DNA from: a virus
Lineage: Duplodnaviria > Heunggongvirae > Uroviricota > Caudoviricetes
Virus record (IMG/VR): IMGVR_UViG_3300022661_000085
Span: 12,191 to 76,190 of that record
Strand: one strand, 5' to 3'
Length of the DNA: 64,000 nucleotides
The notes beneath the pieces were generated by a model. The model worked only from the letters and a program-made list of their open reading frames with translations. It ran no database searches and had not been told where the DNA came from. The position numbers were made by a program, and so were the translations under genes. Below, piece by piece: positions 10,723-21,086 of the stretch (the stretch's first letter is position 1; each line of letters begins with the position of its first letter).

Positions 10723-11156
10723 GCCTTTAGCTTATCGATATTTCCGTACCGAAAGGAATACGTGTTAATTTTACCCGTATATTCTGCGCGAACCGTTTCC
10801 CTTACTTCTTTGACAACCTTGAGAAGATTGCCGGGAGAATAAGATGTGTAATCTTTCTGGTGTATGACGTTACGCAAAAGCTCGCTGTTGAGCGTCTTTG
10901 CGGAGAACCAGTGAAACGCGATTCCGAGTGACAAAATCTCTATGATTTCATCGTCCAAGTCGTTGTTAAATTGTTCCTCTACCTTATCGTAATCTTTCAA
11001 GTCAACACGGCAAGAATGCTGAAAATCAACGACAGCAGATAGCAAGTACTTCTGAAGAGCCGCCTTTTTCAAATACTCGTTGGCGGTATGCAGAAAACCA
11101 TAATCCGTAATTTTGAAGATCGCCCTTTCGTATATTTCAGAAAATTTCGTTGCCAT
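10719..11156 (-). CDS. phage head-tail joining/hypothetical protein
   Basis: 145-aa ORF. Confidence 0.4.
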   Translation of the reverse strand: MATKFSEIYERAIFKITDYGFLHTANEYLKKAALQKYLLSAVVDFQHSCRVDLKDYDKVEEQFNNDLDDEIIEILSLGIAFHWFSAKTLNSELLRNVIHQKDYTSYSPGNLLKVVKEVRETVRAEYTGKINTYSFRYGNIDKLKA

Positions 11157-11166
11157 TTAGCTCTCC

Positions 11167-11760
11167 TTACTTATCGTCTTCCTCGTCGTGCAAATCGTGA
11201 AGTCTGCATCCGAGTGCGTTTTCAAACGCTCTGATGGATCTGATTGAATCCAGAGCGCCATTCTTGATACATTCGTTGAGCGTTACCACGAGGTTTTCCT
11301 GAGCGCCAGCGCTCATCATTGCAACTCTCTCTGCAATCTCCTTCTCGTTCCAAGAGCAGATTACACTTACATTGGTAGGCTCGATGTAATTCTGATAGTA
11401 CTGTGTGATAACGAGAGCTTTGTAAATGTCCGCACAGGTAGCCTCACACTCGGAGCCGTCTGCGACTCCAAGAATAACGAGCCACTGGTTTTTGAAGAAC
11501 GCAACCTGAGTTGCCTTCATCGCTCTCAAGTCGCCCATAGAAACGATCTGGATATCTCCAGCGCGTAGCCACTCTGTGCTCTCGCCTGTTTTCTTGTTAC
11601 GATAGAAGAGGCGTCCGAAATATGTACTCTTAACTTTTACAAGTACGCTATCGTCAATTTTGTATGAACCGCTACTTTTTGTAAAATCGAGGGTAGCCGC
11701 CTCGGTTGCTTCCAAAACATCTTCGGGAAGCGTGATGTTGTCCTTTTTCTTTTGTGCCAT
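11167..11760 (-). CDS. phage structural/hypothetical protein
   Basis: 197-aa ORF immediately downstream of the capsid gene. Confidence 0.4.
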   Translation of the reverse strand: MAQKKKDNITLPEDVLEATEAATLDFTKSSGSYKIDDSVLVKVKSTYFGRLFYRNKKTGESTEWLRAGDIQIVSMGDLRAMKATQVAFFKNQWLVILGVADGSECEATCADIYKALVITQYYQNYIEPTNVSVICSWNEKEIAERVAMMSAGAQENLVVTLNECIKNGALDSIRSIRAFENALGCRLHDLHDEEDDK

Positions 11761-11841
11761 TTATATATCTTCCTTTTATTCAAATTTATTAAAAAGGCAA
11801 GCGTGTTCCACACACGCCTGCCTTAAAGTATTTAAGCTATA

Positions 11842-12834
11842 TTAGCCTGCGATGGTGTAGATACCCATCTTCTCAGCGCAGATAACGCCAGTACCGAATG
11901 CCTGACCGTAAACATACTCCTGAGTAAGGTCGTTGTTTTCGGTTGCTTCGCGGGTAAGCATAATACCCTCGCCCTCGTTAACCATCTTAACGGGAGCGTC
12001 ATCACCAGCGATGATGTAGATCTTGGAATCATCGAGGATGAAGTTGGATGTGCCGGGCTTGTGAGCCTGCTTGAGCTGAACCATAGCAGTTCCGTTGAAC
12101 TTGCCATAGAAGCCCATATTGTAAAGGTCGCTCTTAGCCTCGTCGGAAACGTCGGCGGAAGTTACCTTACGAAGAGCAGTCTTGGTACCGTAGATAGTAG
12201 CGGTCTTGCCAGTAGCAGCCTCAACGTGCTCGATGATAGCAAGAAGCTTGTCCTCATCGAAAGTACCAGCATATACGTACTCAGAGCTGAGACCAGCAGT
12301 GTTCTCGGTCATACCAGCGATAGCAGCATACGCATCAGCAAGGATGGTCTTCTTGAAAGAGTTTGCAACAGCAGTTACGAACTGGTCGAAGGTGATTCTA
12401 CCTGCAAGAAGACGACCAAGGTTCTCGTAAACGCGAACGATCTTCATAGAGGTCTTAACGGTAACCTTCTCACCGCCAGAGATTCTCTGACGTCTTACGC
12501 CACGGATACCAGCAGCGGCATCTGCAACGATGAACACAGCTTCGCCAGAAGTATAGAACTCGTTAACGTCGCCGCTTGCGGTGTTCTTGTACTCAACGAG
12601 ACGGAAGATAGGATTCTCATCCTTCAAACCTTCCTCAACGATAGTAGGAATCAATTCCTCAACCGCAGAATAGAGCTCATTTCCGCGAACGAAAGTCTTA
12701 GGATTGAGCTTGTCAGATCCGCCGTTCATCTCAATGAACGCCTTGCGAAGAGCCTCGGAAGTCTGACCTTTTGAAAATTCGCCACTCATAGTGCCCTTAA
12801 TTGCACCGATAGCAATAGTAAGTACATTTTCCAT
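11842..12834 (-). CDS. putative major capsid protein
   Basis: About 330 aa, counted from the internal Met 'MENVLTIAIG', which follows a GAAAGGAGAAAC RBS (reverse complement of 12836-12856). The longer ORF to 12885 lacks an RBS. Size and position after the scaffold/decoration genes fit a major capsid protein. Confidence 0.5.
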   Translation of the reverse strand: MENVLTIAIGAIKGTMSGEFSKGQTSEALRKAFIEMNGGSDKLNPKTFVRGNELYSAVEELIPTIVEEGLKDENPIFRLVEYKNTASGDVNEFYTSGEAVFIVADAAAGIRGVRRQRISGGEKVTVKTSMKIVRVYENLGRLLAGRITFDQFVTAVANSFKKTILADAYAAIAGMTENTAGLSSEYVYAGTFDEDKLLAIIEHVEAATGKTATIYGTKTALRKVTSADVSDEAKSDLYNMGFYGKFNGTAMVQLKQAHKPGTSNFILDDSKIYIIAGDDAPVKMVNEGEGIMLTREATENNDLTQEYVYGQAFGTGVICAEKMGIYTIAG

Positions 12835-12860
12835 TATGTATTGTTTCTCCTTTCTTTTAA

Positions 12861-13349
12861 TTACGCAACTTCGATTACGTACCACTCGTTCTCGATAAGA
12901 ACGATCTTACCAACAACGGAAGCAGCACCGGTTGCTTCAGCAACTGCAGAAAGCTTAGTGGTGTCAGTAAGCTCTACAGTAGCGCCCACTTCAAGAGCCG
13001 CACCGTCAGCAAAAGCCTCAGCGGTAACGGAGAAGCAGTCATTTGCAACGAATCTGTATCCGCGAGCGATGTCGCCAGCTTCGTTTCTGAACTCTGCGAG
13101 AGTGTTGCGAGCCTTGCTCTTAACAACTTCCTCGCTCGCCACGAGGGCGCACTTATAAACATCTGCGTTCTTAGTAGGTGCAGTAGCCTTGCGAACTTCG
13201 CGCTCGCCTTCAAGATGGTCGCCAACGAGGACAACGTTACCGTTTTCAACGGGTGCCTCGGTCTCGCCGACCATAAATTTCAAGGACACGAGATCCTTGC
13301 CGTTTACAGTACCTGACATATTGTCAGTTCTTACACAAGCATAAGCCAT
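12861..13349 (-). CDS. head decoration/auxiliary capsid protein (hypothetical)
   Basis: 162-aa Ala/Val/Glu-rich ORF between the scaffold-like gene and the capsid gene. Confidence 0.35.
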   Translation of the reverse strand: MAYACVRTDNMSGTVNGKDLVSLKFMVGETEAPVENGNVVLVGDHLEGEREVRKATAPTKNADVYKCALVASEEVVKSKARNTLAEFRNEAGDIARGYRFVANDCFSVTAEAFADGAALEVGATVELTDTTKLSAVAEATGAASVVGKIVLIENEWYVIEVA

Positions 13350-13374
13350 AATTATTTTTTCTCCTTATAAATTT

Positions 13375-15015
13375 TTATTTTTTAATTGCATCGGGCAGAT
13401 ATTTGCTGAAGAATTCTTCTTCTGCCGTGATAGTTTTTTCGTCTTTTGCGAAGCTCAGAATGGGAATTCTGACTTCAGATACATCGCGCTTCTTAACAAT
13501 TCCGGACTTACCGCGAACTGCGTAAAGCTTCTCTTTCAAGTCCTCAGCACTTGCAAAATCCATTGCATTGCTGACCACGGTCTGATATTCCTCAACATCA
13601 GACAAGTCGGAAAACTCCGCAATAACTGCGGCATATTCCTGTTTTCTTTCAGCTTCTTGTTTTGCACGTTTATACTCAACAAGCTCGGCATACTCTGCTC
13701 TCTCCTTGTCAAGTTTTTCTGCCTCTTCAAGAGTCATCCAAACAAGACGAACCTTCTCAAAGCTATCCGCATTAAGCGCGATATCATTTTCGGTTTTGGA
13801 GTATGCAAATCTCGCGTAACCATCTACCGTACCCTCGTCGGATGCAAAGTAGTATCCAACGTATACGTGCTGGCTATCGAAATCACAAAGCCAGTAGCTC
13901 TTATAGAGAACGTCGTTCCATTCACACAAAGCTGAAATTGCATTGCACAAAGCTCTACGAGTTTCCTCGTTTGTGAGCTCGAACTGGAATTGAGGTGCAG
14001 GTTCTCCTTCGCCGGAGCCTGAGCCAGAATTGTCGGTAAACTCGCCTTCGCCAGTAGGTTCACCTTCGGGTTCTCCTGTACCAGCTTCGCCTTCGCCGTC
14101 AGTATCATTCTGGGGTTCTGCGGCGGGTTCTCCAGCAGGCTCTCCTGCGGGCTCTCCCTCTCCAGAGGGTTCTCCGTTAGCACTCATCTCTGTAAGGCGT
14201 TCTCTCAGCATTTCCTCAGTCATATCTTCCGTAACTTCAAAAGACAACTGCTCAACGCTTTCGATGCCGAACTCTCTTAAAATGCTTTCAATGTTCTCAA
14301 GATTCACTAATTTTTGTCCTCCTTTCTCAAAGTTAGGTTTCAACCCATAACTGTCAGCCAACTTGCTCTTAAATTCCTCGAAAAGTTCTTCCCAATTTTC
14401 TGCAGTCGAGAAATGGTATGGTTCAACTCTCGCGGACGGGAAGCAAGGACGAACGTTCTTGTCAGGATCATCACTCTTACCCATCAAGCACAGGGCTGAA
14501 TATCTAAACTTTTTAACCACTGTGTATCCATCTTTATCCACAACTGTTTCCAATGGTTTGATTTCCATACTTTGGTTAAAGTAGATATCGTCATCATATT
14601 TGGTATCCAAAAGCTGAGGATACCTACCCGTCCAGAGGATGATGTCTGCAACTTGATATGTTTTAATAGATCCGTCCTTTTCTTCAACCTCTTCGTAATG
14701 TACATTGTCCTGATAAGGAACGGTACCATAAGGAACGGTCAACGATCTGAGATAGTACTTGCCGTTTGCGTCTTTCTTAATCTCTTTATCGTGTCCACCC
14801 ATACGAAGCTCTTCATCTTCCTCGTCTACGAAAATGTGTCCAACTACGGGAATGTTGAACAGCGTAGGCAACGCATCGTCAACTGCCTCTTTCACAATGT
14901 CAGACTTGTTGACATTACGACCGGGGCACATAATATAACATTTACACAATGTCATCTCATCGTTGACGGGCTTGACAGGAGTGATTTTCGCAGTAAATCC
15001 AACTGATAAATTCAT
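13375..15015 (-). CDS. head morphogenesis protein (possible protease/scaffold-like) with a Glu/Pro-rich repeat linker
   Basis: 546-aa ORF. The central low-complexity 'GEPSGEGEPAGEPAGEPAAEP...GEGEAGTGEPEGEPTGEGE' is followed by a coiled-coil C-terminal half. It lies downstream of the portal gene. Confidence 0.4.
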   Translation of the reverse strand: MNLSVGFTAKITPVKPVNDEMTLCKCYIMCPGRNVNKSDIVKEAVDDALPTLFNIPVVGHIFVDEEDEELRMGGHDKEIKKDANGKYYLRSLTVPYGTVPYQDNVHYEEVEEKDGSIKTYQVADIILWTGRYPQLLDTKYDDDIYFNQSMEIKPLETVVDKDGYTVVKKFRYSALCLMGKSDDPDKNVRPCFPSARVEPYHFSTAENWEELFEEFKSKLADSYGLKPNFEKGGQKLVNLENIESILREFGIESVEQLSFEVTEDMTEEMLRERLTEMSANGEPSGEGEPAGEPAGEPAAEPQNDTDGEGEAGTGEPEGEPTGEGEFTDNSGSGSGEGEPAPQFQFELTNEETRRALCNAISALCEWNDVLYKSYWLCDFDSQHVYVGYYFASDEGTVDGYARFAYSKTENDIALNADSFEKVRLVWMTLEEAEKLDKERAEYAELVEYKRAKQEAERKQEYAAVIAEFSDLSDVEEYQTVVSNAMDFASAEDLKEKLYAVRGKSGIVKKRDVSEVRIPILSFAKDEKTITAEEEFFSKYLPDAIKK

Positions 15016-15035
15016 AGGTATTTCTCACTCCTTCT

Positions 15036-15272
15036 TTAGAAACACACAGTGGTATCTTCGACGAGTAATACATCTCCGCCGTCTTCGCCTTCGCCGAATG
15101 TCATATACTTGTTGACCTCGTTCATAAAGGCTTCCGACTCTTCGAAAATGAATACCTCTTGATTGCCATTGATAGTTTCTTTCATATATGAAAAACCGCT
15201 ATCAGCAAGGCTCATAGCGATCTTCTCATCAAATATTTTTATAAACTTCTTTTCTTCTCTACAATTATCCAT
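15036..15272 (-). CDS. small hypothetical protein
   Basis: 78-aa ORF between the portal and head genes. Confidence 0.3.
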   Translation of the reverse strand: MDNCREEKKFIKIFDEKIAMSLADSGFSYMKETINGNQEVFIFEESEAFMNEVNKYMTFGEGEDGGDVLLVEDTTVCF

Positions 15273-15287
15273 ACTGTCTACCTCTCG

Positions 15288-16799
15288 TTATCGGTTTGCA
15301 TTGGTGTCATTGTCACGAGTGCTTGCTCCATCATCCGAAAGATCTTCGTCTTTCTTCTGAGGGCGTCCCTTTTCTCCGTCTTCTTCGCCGGAGTTATAAG
15401 TATTACGCATAGGAACAAGCTCGCCGAACCCGAGCAAATCTTCCTCAAGGAATGTCAAACCTGCAATATCGTACTGAGGAATACCAAGAGCTGCCGCATA
15501 GTGGGATTTGCCCAAACCGAATGATGCGGCTTCTTTGTACTCCTTGACAAGTTCGTCTCTATTGAATACGGTTATAGGAAGGAATGTAATTTTGAACTTG
15601 ATAGTACCCGAGAAGGTAGTCTTCAGGTATCTGTTAAGAACCTTTTCGAGCTGTTTTACAATTCCGAATATGTAGGTTTCATCATTCTTGATTGAAAGCT
15701 TGGTAACACCAGACGTATCGTTTGCAACACCGTGCAAAAGACCGGAAGTACCCGCTGTAGACCAGAAATTAGCCACAGATTTTGCAATATCGTCCACGTC
15801 GGAAACGCCACTCTTTTGGTCAAAGCTGAACTGATCCATATCAAAAGGAGTGATAGCCAGTCCAACGTTCTCACCAAGCGCGTTGCTCAACTGATTATAA
15901 TATTTCAAATACAAATCCCAGCCAATCAACGGGTTACCGTTGGTATCGACTGGAACCTTGCCTGTAAGCATTTTGTAGTTTTTCAACTCATTTGCGGTTT
16001 CCTGCAAATTTTCGGTGTTTGCAATAGTGTAAAGAGATGGCATAACTGCCGCAAAAGGAGGAACCGAGAAGTCGATGATAGTGTCGTCTGCTTTGACACA
16101 GACGGAAATATCGGGCGGAACCTCTTGGTATTTCTCTCCAGTCTGCAAATATTTTGCATACATATCCGTAAAAGCTGCGGGATAAAACTCAAGTTTACCC
16201 TGAAGCTTTGTCATATCTACGGCATACAAGAATGTTCCGTTGCATATGGACGTGAGCTTGCAAATGTCGGGATCCAACTTCTGAATAAAGGTGGACGATT
16301 TATCAGACCACTTTACTCCGTAGTAAATACCGTCACGCAGGCACACACCTACTACACTTCTCACCAACGACGGAACATCGATAAGCTCCAAGAATTTGGT
16401 AACCTTGTAATATTGCTTTGCTATGCTTTCTCTCTTTGCTCCGTTTGTCTTTTCAAATCCGAGGGGAGATATTACGTAGTATCCGTAATACAACCCTGCG
16501 TAGTATTGGATAAGCCTTTGATAATGCATAGAAGATAGGTACATATAATTCGATGCATTACGCAGGCTCGTCTCGTTAGACGAGGGTGATTGTAGCCATT
16601 TCAGAATATTCTCTTTTGTGTATAGGGAATATGTGTATGACTTTTGAGAAGAGGAATTTTTAGGATTGTAAACGATTTGTTTGATCAGTTCTCTGGCAAA
16701 AGACATCGGCATTTCGACAAGAGCGTCTTGCTGTTTTGACTTTTGAGAGGTTGTCGCGGGCTTTTTCTTAGCCGGACGGGAGTTATTTCTTTTATCCAT
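15288..16799 (-). CDS. putative portal protein
   Basis: 503-aa ORF directly downstream of the large terminase, with a basic N-terminus and an acidic C-terminus. Confidence 0.55.
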   Translation of the reverse strand: MDKRNNSRPAKKKPATTSQKSKQQDALVEMPMSFARELIKQIVYNPKNSSSQKSYTYSLYTKENILKWLQSPSSNETSLRNASNYMYLSSMHYQRLIQYYAGLYYGYYVISPLGFEKTNGAKRESIAKQYYKVTKFLELIDVPSLVRSVVGVCLRDGIYYGVKWSDKSSTFIQKLDPDICKLTSICNGTFLYAVDMTKLQGKLEFYPAAFTDMYAKYLQTGEKYQEVPPDISVCVKADDTIIDFSVPPFAAVMPSLYTIANTENLQETANELKNYKMLTGKVPVDTNGNPLIGWDLYLKYYNQLSNALGENVGLAITPFDMDQFSFDQKSGVSDVDDIAKSVANFWSTAGTSGLLHGVANDTSGVTKLSIKNDETYIFGIVKQLEKVLNRYLKTTFSGTIKFKITFLPITVFNRDELVKEYKEAASFGLGKSHYAAALGIPQYDIAGLTFLEEDLLGFGELVPMRNTYNSGEEDGEKGRPQKKDEDLSDDGASTRDNDTNANR

Positions 16800-16814
16800 T
16801 TCTTCCTCCTTTGC

Positions 16815-18584
16815 TTAATATTTCTTTTTGATTTGCGGTGCTCTAAACTTGAACACCAGTTGTTCCATCGTTTTCTTCGATTTTTGAACTTGTAGATCTC
16901 TTTCTATGATTTTTGCGACGTGGATGTTATAGCTCAAACTACTATATCTATCCTTTCGCATTCCTGCTTTTTCTTTTACTCTGATAACATTGTTGCGCAC
17001 CTCATACTCAAGCTTAATAAGCTCGTTTATCAGGAGCGATGTATGTATATAAGGCAACTTGAGGTTCAACGCATCTGCGGTGCTAAGATTGTCATATCCG
17101 CGCAGTTCTCCGAGAGAATCTTCTGCGGCAAACTCGGAAGTTAGTAACCTAACGCTTCCCTGCTTAAGTGCCTCACGTAGTCCGAGTGCGCATTGAGAGT
17201 TAAACTCTTGCGTGCCTTGGACAGACCAAATTACTTTTGGAGCGTCGGGCACCAAGCATCGTTTCGCCAACTCGTCGTTATTACAACAAGATAGCGCTCC
17301 GTATGTTGTGCCACTCTCTTGGTCGTATATGTCCGCCATTAAGGCGTCACTAACTCCAAGACCTAAGCCTTTGGTATCCAATACAAGGTAATCACAATCG
17401 TAATCCTCAAATAATTTGCGTATTACCAACGCCTGCGCATCTGTACGAAGTCCCTCGTTGTTGTCCGCGTAAACAATGTTGTTTACAAACCTGTTATTAG
17501 AGGTGGGCAACATTTGGTTTACAAAGATTGACGTGGCGTCATTCTTATTTTTCGTTGAAGACATAAGTGCAATATCGGCTGAAAGCACTCTGACCTCACC
17601 GGGGATCTTCGGCGGGATATACAGTCGTTTGTCTGCAATCTTGTGTCCTGCAAACTTTGGATAAAACGGATATTTGATTACACGATTGCGGTCAATTTCA
17701 TCAAAGTTATAAAGACCTCCGCTACTCTGTCCGAAGAACAATGCTTCCATTTCCATCTGGAAGGTTATTGCATTAAACGTAGTTTCGGACATTTCGTCCT
17801 CGACCTTTGTCTTATCCAATCTTCCCTCTTTGATAGCCAACTGATATGGCATTGCACAACAGAAATAGCTTCTGCCTCGAATCATATTGACTACATACGA
17901 GCGTACCAACTCATACGACCAATGTGACTCGTACCAACAAGAGCTTGCATAAAGCTCTTTGGTTTGCTCCTTTGGATAATCCTTGTATTCGGGCTTATCC
18001 AAGAAAGCGGGGTGTCTCTGCGATGTCAAGAACTTACGAAGAACGGTGTCGATAATATTCTTATCTACCATACGGAACTCGTCCACGACCAGAACAGTTG
18101 CTCTGTTATGTCGTGCTGAGTCTGCCGCCGTTACAACGACAATTCTCGAATCGTTGCGGAAGCTCACGAAAGCGTTAGCTTGGTTAACTTGAACTTCCTC
18201 TATCTCAAGCCTCAAGTTTGCGGAACGCGGCATTAGGATTTCTCGGATTTTATCGATGATTTCCGTTGCCTGTTTTCGCGTCTTTGAAGCAAGACATATT
18301 CTTGTTTCTGGATATAGGATACAGTGTATGACGCAGAATATAGCAATCAAGAATGATTTACCGCCACCACGGCTCGCTAAGTAAACCACGTTTGAAAAGC
18401 GGAACATCATACACAAAATGATCTGCTGAAATCTATCCAGTTTTAAGTTAAGGTAATCCCGGGCAAAGCGGTGTGGATTTGCCCGATAGAATGCTGCCCA
18501 CACATTCACGCCGTTCATTATTCTGTCGGCTTTGTCTTGTTTGACTTGCGACTCCGTCTGGGAATTACGAGTTATCGTCGCCAT
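16815..18584 (-). CDS. terL: terminase large subunit
   Basis: Walker A 'ASRGGGKS', Walker B 'VLVVDEF', and a C-terminal RNase H-like nuclease region with conserved acidic residues. 589 aa. Confidence 0.8.
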   Translation of the reverse strand: MATITRNSQTESQVKQDKADRIMNGVNVWAAFYRANPHRFARDYLNLKLDRFQQIILCMMFRFSNVVYLASRGGGKSFLIAIFCVIHCILYPETRICLASKTRKQATEIIDKIREILMPRSANLRLEIEEVQVNQANAFVSFRNDSRIVVVTAADSARHNRATVLVVDEFRMVDKNIIDTVLRKFLTSQRHPAFLDKPEYKDYPKEQTKELYASSCWYESHWSYELVRSYVVNMIRGRSYFCCAMPYQLAIKEGRLDKTKVEDEMSETTFNAITFQMEMEALFFGQSSGGLYNFDEIDRNRVIKYPFYPKFAGHKIADKRLYIPPKIPGEVRVLSADIALMSSTKNKNDATSIFVNQMLPTSNNRFVNNIVYADNNEGLRTDAQALVIRKLFEDYDCDYLVLDTKGLGLGVSDALMADIYDQESGTTYGALSCCNNDELAKRCLVPDAPKVIWSVQGTQEFNSQCALGLREALKQGSVRLLTSEFAAEDSLGELRGYDNLSTADALNLKLPYIHTSLLINELIKLEYEVRNNVIRVKEKAGMRKDRYSSLSYNIHVAKIIERDLQVQKSKKTMEQLVFKFRAPQIKKKY

Positions 18585-19686
18585 CCTTGGTTACCTTATC
18601 GCTGAACTTGTCCAAAAGTGAAGTTTCGCCAAGATCATCTTCCTCGTACTCGGGAGGAGTAACGGTGTATTTCGCCATTTCCTCGCGGTACAATTCTTCG
18701 TAATCGTTCTTAACGTGAACGAGATTACAAAGATGTCCCAAGAAGAACGTGCTGATGTATCTTTCGATTTCATCTACATCCTTCCATTCCTCATCAGGTT
18801 CACCTATAGGACGTTCGGTTTCCCACTTTTTAATGAGAGTTCCGAATGTGTTTTGATCGGCTAATGCGTTATCATTAGTCTGGCTCGGCTTCAAATTACT
18901 GGTTCCAAGTAAGTCTTGGAAAGCCTTCATTGCATCGGTGACTTCTTTGGTGCTACCGCGCAACTGTGCTTTTTGGATTGTAAGCTGGGCTATGCACAAG
19001 CTCTTAAACAACTCTTCCTGTGCTTTGGTCTTACAATCGTATCTTGTCGTCCAGTCCGTGTACTGGTTGAGCAAGAAGTCGTATTCTTCATCCGTGTATC
19101 CAAACCCGAAGAACATAATAGTTTCTTTGGACACGCGGGATGCTCCCGACGTTTCTTCACCGTCAGCCATCTCGTCGGGTGTGATGTCTGACATAGTCAT
19201 AATCTTATTACTATGGCGGTCTTTAAGGGTATCCAAATATGTGGTTCCCTTCGCTTGGTTAACGTTCATCTTTGAAGGATAAACCAAGACCTTAGACCTG
19301 CCTTGGGAAATGTTTTTGGTCATTGCGACAATGTCGCTATTGTAGTACCAATCGAAAAGTCTGCAACAATGCTCAAGTGCGTGCTCTTCGTTTCCAGAAT
19401 AGAAGCCTACCAATTGCTGATAAAGCTTCTCTACGCAATGTTTGCATATATGTATGTACCCGTTATTGCCTTCATAAAGGAAGGATTTTGACACGGGGAA
19501 ATTGCCCTTTTGTGTGTTATATTCCTTGCCACAGCAAGTACATCTATATTTTGTATTCGGTTGGTCGTTCTTGATTCTCTCCGGCTTGACGCTGGTGTCA
19601 ATCTGTATGGGGCTCGAACTTTTGAGCCTTGATTGTTCAGATTTACTGCCACCCATAGGTCGTCCGCCCTTTCCTTTGTTCTCCAT
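18565..19686 (-). CDS. Zn-ribbon protein; terminase small subunit candidate
   Basis: 373-aa ORF immediately upstream of terL with a 'CTCCGKEY...CKHC' Cys4 motif. Small-terminase assignment is by position only. Confidence 0.35.
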   Translation of the reverse strand: MENKGKGGRPMGGSKSEQSRLKSSSPIQIDTSVKPERIKNDQPNTKYRCTCCGKEYNTQKGNFPVSKSFLYEGNNGYIHICKHCVEKLYQQLVGFYSGNEEHALEHCCRLFDWYYNSDIVAMTKNISQGRSKVLVYPSKMNVNQAKGTTYLDTLKDRHSNKIMTMSDITPDEMADGEETSGASRVSKETIMFFGFGYTDEEYDFLLNQYTDWTTRYDCKTKAQEELFKSLCIAQLTIQKAQLRGSTKEVTDAMKAFQDLLGTSNLKPSQTNDNALADQNTFGTLIKKWETERPIGEPDEEWKDVDEIERYISTFFLGHLCNLVHVKNDYEELYREEMAKYTVTPPEYEEDDLGETSLLDKFSDKVTKDGDDNS

Positions 19687-19726
19687 AAATCCTCCATTGA
19701 GAAATCCCGCCCTATATTAGGCGGGA

Positions 19727-20740
19727 TTAGTCGTCTTCAACATATAGTTCATCGAGATCGTCGCTGTCATCTCTGACAACATAAATCTCTGTGGTTGTCA
19801 CGGATTCGTGACCTAAAAGCTTTTGCACTACTTTTATGTCAACTCCATCCTCTACTGCAAGCTGGCTTGCACGCGAACTTCTCAACTGGTGAGGATATGC
19901 GCGTCTTCCGATGATTTTTGAGAATGTGCTCGTTGCCCAAGTATTAAATAAGGTTTCGCTCACTTGGCGAACTTCTCCACCATAGCGAGTAACAAACATA
20001 TACTCACACTCATCTTCGCCCCTGTGCTCCACCCATTTCTTGAGCGCTTTCATCGTATCTTCGCCGAAGATAAACTTTCTGACTTTGCCGACGCTACCTG
20101 CGCCTTTGCAACGAATGGAATGGGTTTGGTAATAAAGGACTTCCTTTTCTATCTCGTTTCCGTCTTCGTCCGTGACTTTTCTCATCTTCTTGATCGGGCG
20201 AGCGTCTACAACACTCTTCAGCAGTTGTCTGCTTTCTGCTCTACGGCACCCAGTATCTAAGGTGAACATAAGGTATGCCACCTTCTGCCACTCCTCACGC
20301 TCTGTCAACACCTCGATGAGATGATTGAACTCCTCTTTAGTCAAGGGTTCTTTAGGGTTGACAAATGCTTTGGGAGGTCTTTTAATACTCTTGTTGATAA
20401 AATTCCTGAACATAGGATATTCGTCGTGATAATATATCTCTATATACCCGTTCAGCGAGCTAATCGCGGCGCGTTTGTTATTAACGTCCGCAGATGAACA
20501 TCCGCGATTGACCATCCAGTTCTGAAACTTTTTGTACTCCAATGGCTTGATTTCGAGTTGAGTCTTGTTTCCAAGATTATCTTTAACCCAAACAAACCAT
20601 ATCTTCAAATTCGACTCATAAGCTTTCCTCGTGCGAGGCGATAGCTCAGTAGAGTTCGTTAAAAAGTCTTCAAGGATGGTTCTGTTGAACTCGTGCACAT
20701 TATCCCATTGCTCAGGCGTAATCTGCTCTAACTTCTTCAT
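19727..20740 (-). CDS. int: tyrosine site-specific integrase
   Basis: C-terminal 'RAYPHQLRSSRASQL...LLGHESVTTTEIYV' contains the R..H..R..Y catalytic signature of phage integrases. Confidence 0.85.
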   Translation of the reverse strand: MKKLEQITPEQWDNVHEFNRTILEDFLTNSTELSPRTRKAYESNLKIWFVWVKDNLGNKTQLEIKPLEYKKFQNWMVNRGCSSADVNNKRAAISSLNGYIEIYYHDEYPMFRNFINKSIKRPPKAFVNPKEPLTKEEFNHLIEVLTEREEWQKVAYLMFTLDTGCRRAESRQLLKSVVDARPIKKMRKVTDEDGNEIEKEVLYYQTHSIRCKGAGSVGKVRKFIFGEDTMKALKKWVEHRGEDECEYMFVTRYGGEVRQVSETLFNTWATSTFSKIIGRRAYPHQLRSSRASQLAVEDGVDIKVVQKLLGHESVTTTEIYVVRDDSDDLDELYVEDD

Positions 20741-20757
20741 ATTCCACCCTTTGGTAT

Positions 20758-21039
20758 TTATGTATTTGTTTCGTCGTATGCCACGCCGCTTGGCGTAAAT
20801 TTGATCATATCTCTCGGGGGCATCGTCATCATTTCGCCCGTAGAAGGATGTTTAACTCTCTTAGGCGCGGTCTTCTTGTGTTTGAAAGAACCGAATCCGT
20901 AGATTACAACATCTTCTTTGTCCTGATATATGGTCTCACCGAGGAAGTCAAAAACACTTTGACAAATTGTAGCGGCTTGCTTGTAGCTTACGCCGTATGC
21001 CTCGGCATATTTACGACTGAATTCTTTTGCGTTTAACAT
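20758..21039 (-). CDS. HU/IHF-family DNA-binding protein
   Basis: 93 aa. 'GFGSF...R.HP.TGE...P' beta-arm signature of the HU family. Confidence 0.8.
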   Translation of the reverse strand: MLNAKEFSRKYAEAYGVSYKQAATICQSVFDFLGETIYQDKEDVVIYGFGSFKHKKTAPKRVKHPSTGEMMTMPPRDMIKFTPSGVAYDETNT

Positions 21040-21086
21040 TAAAAATCTGTTCTCCTTTTCTTCCTATATAAAACTTATCTCATTAT

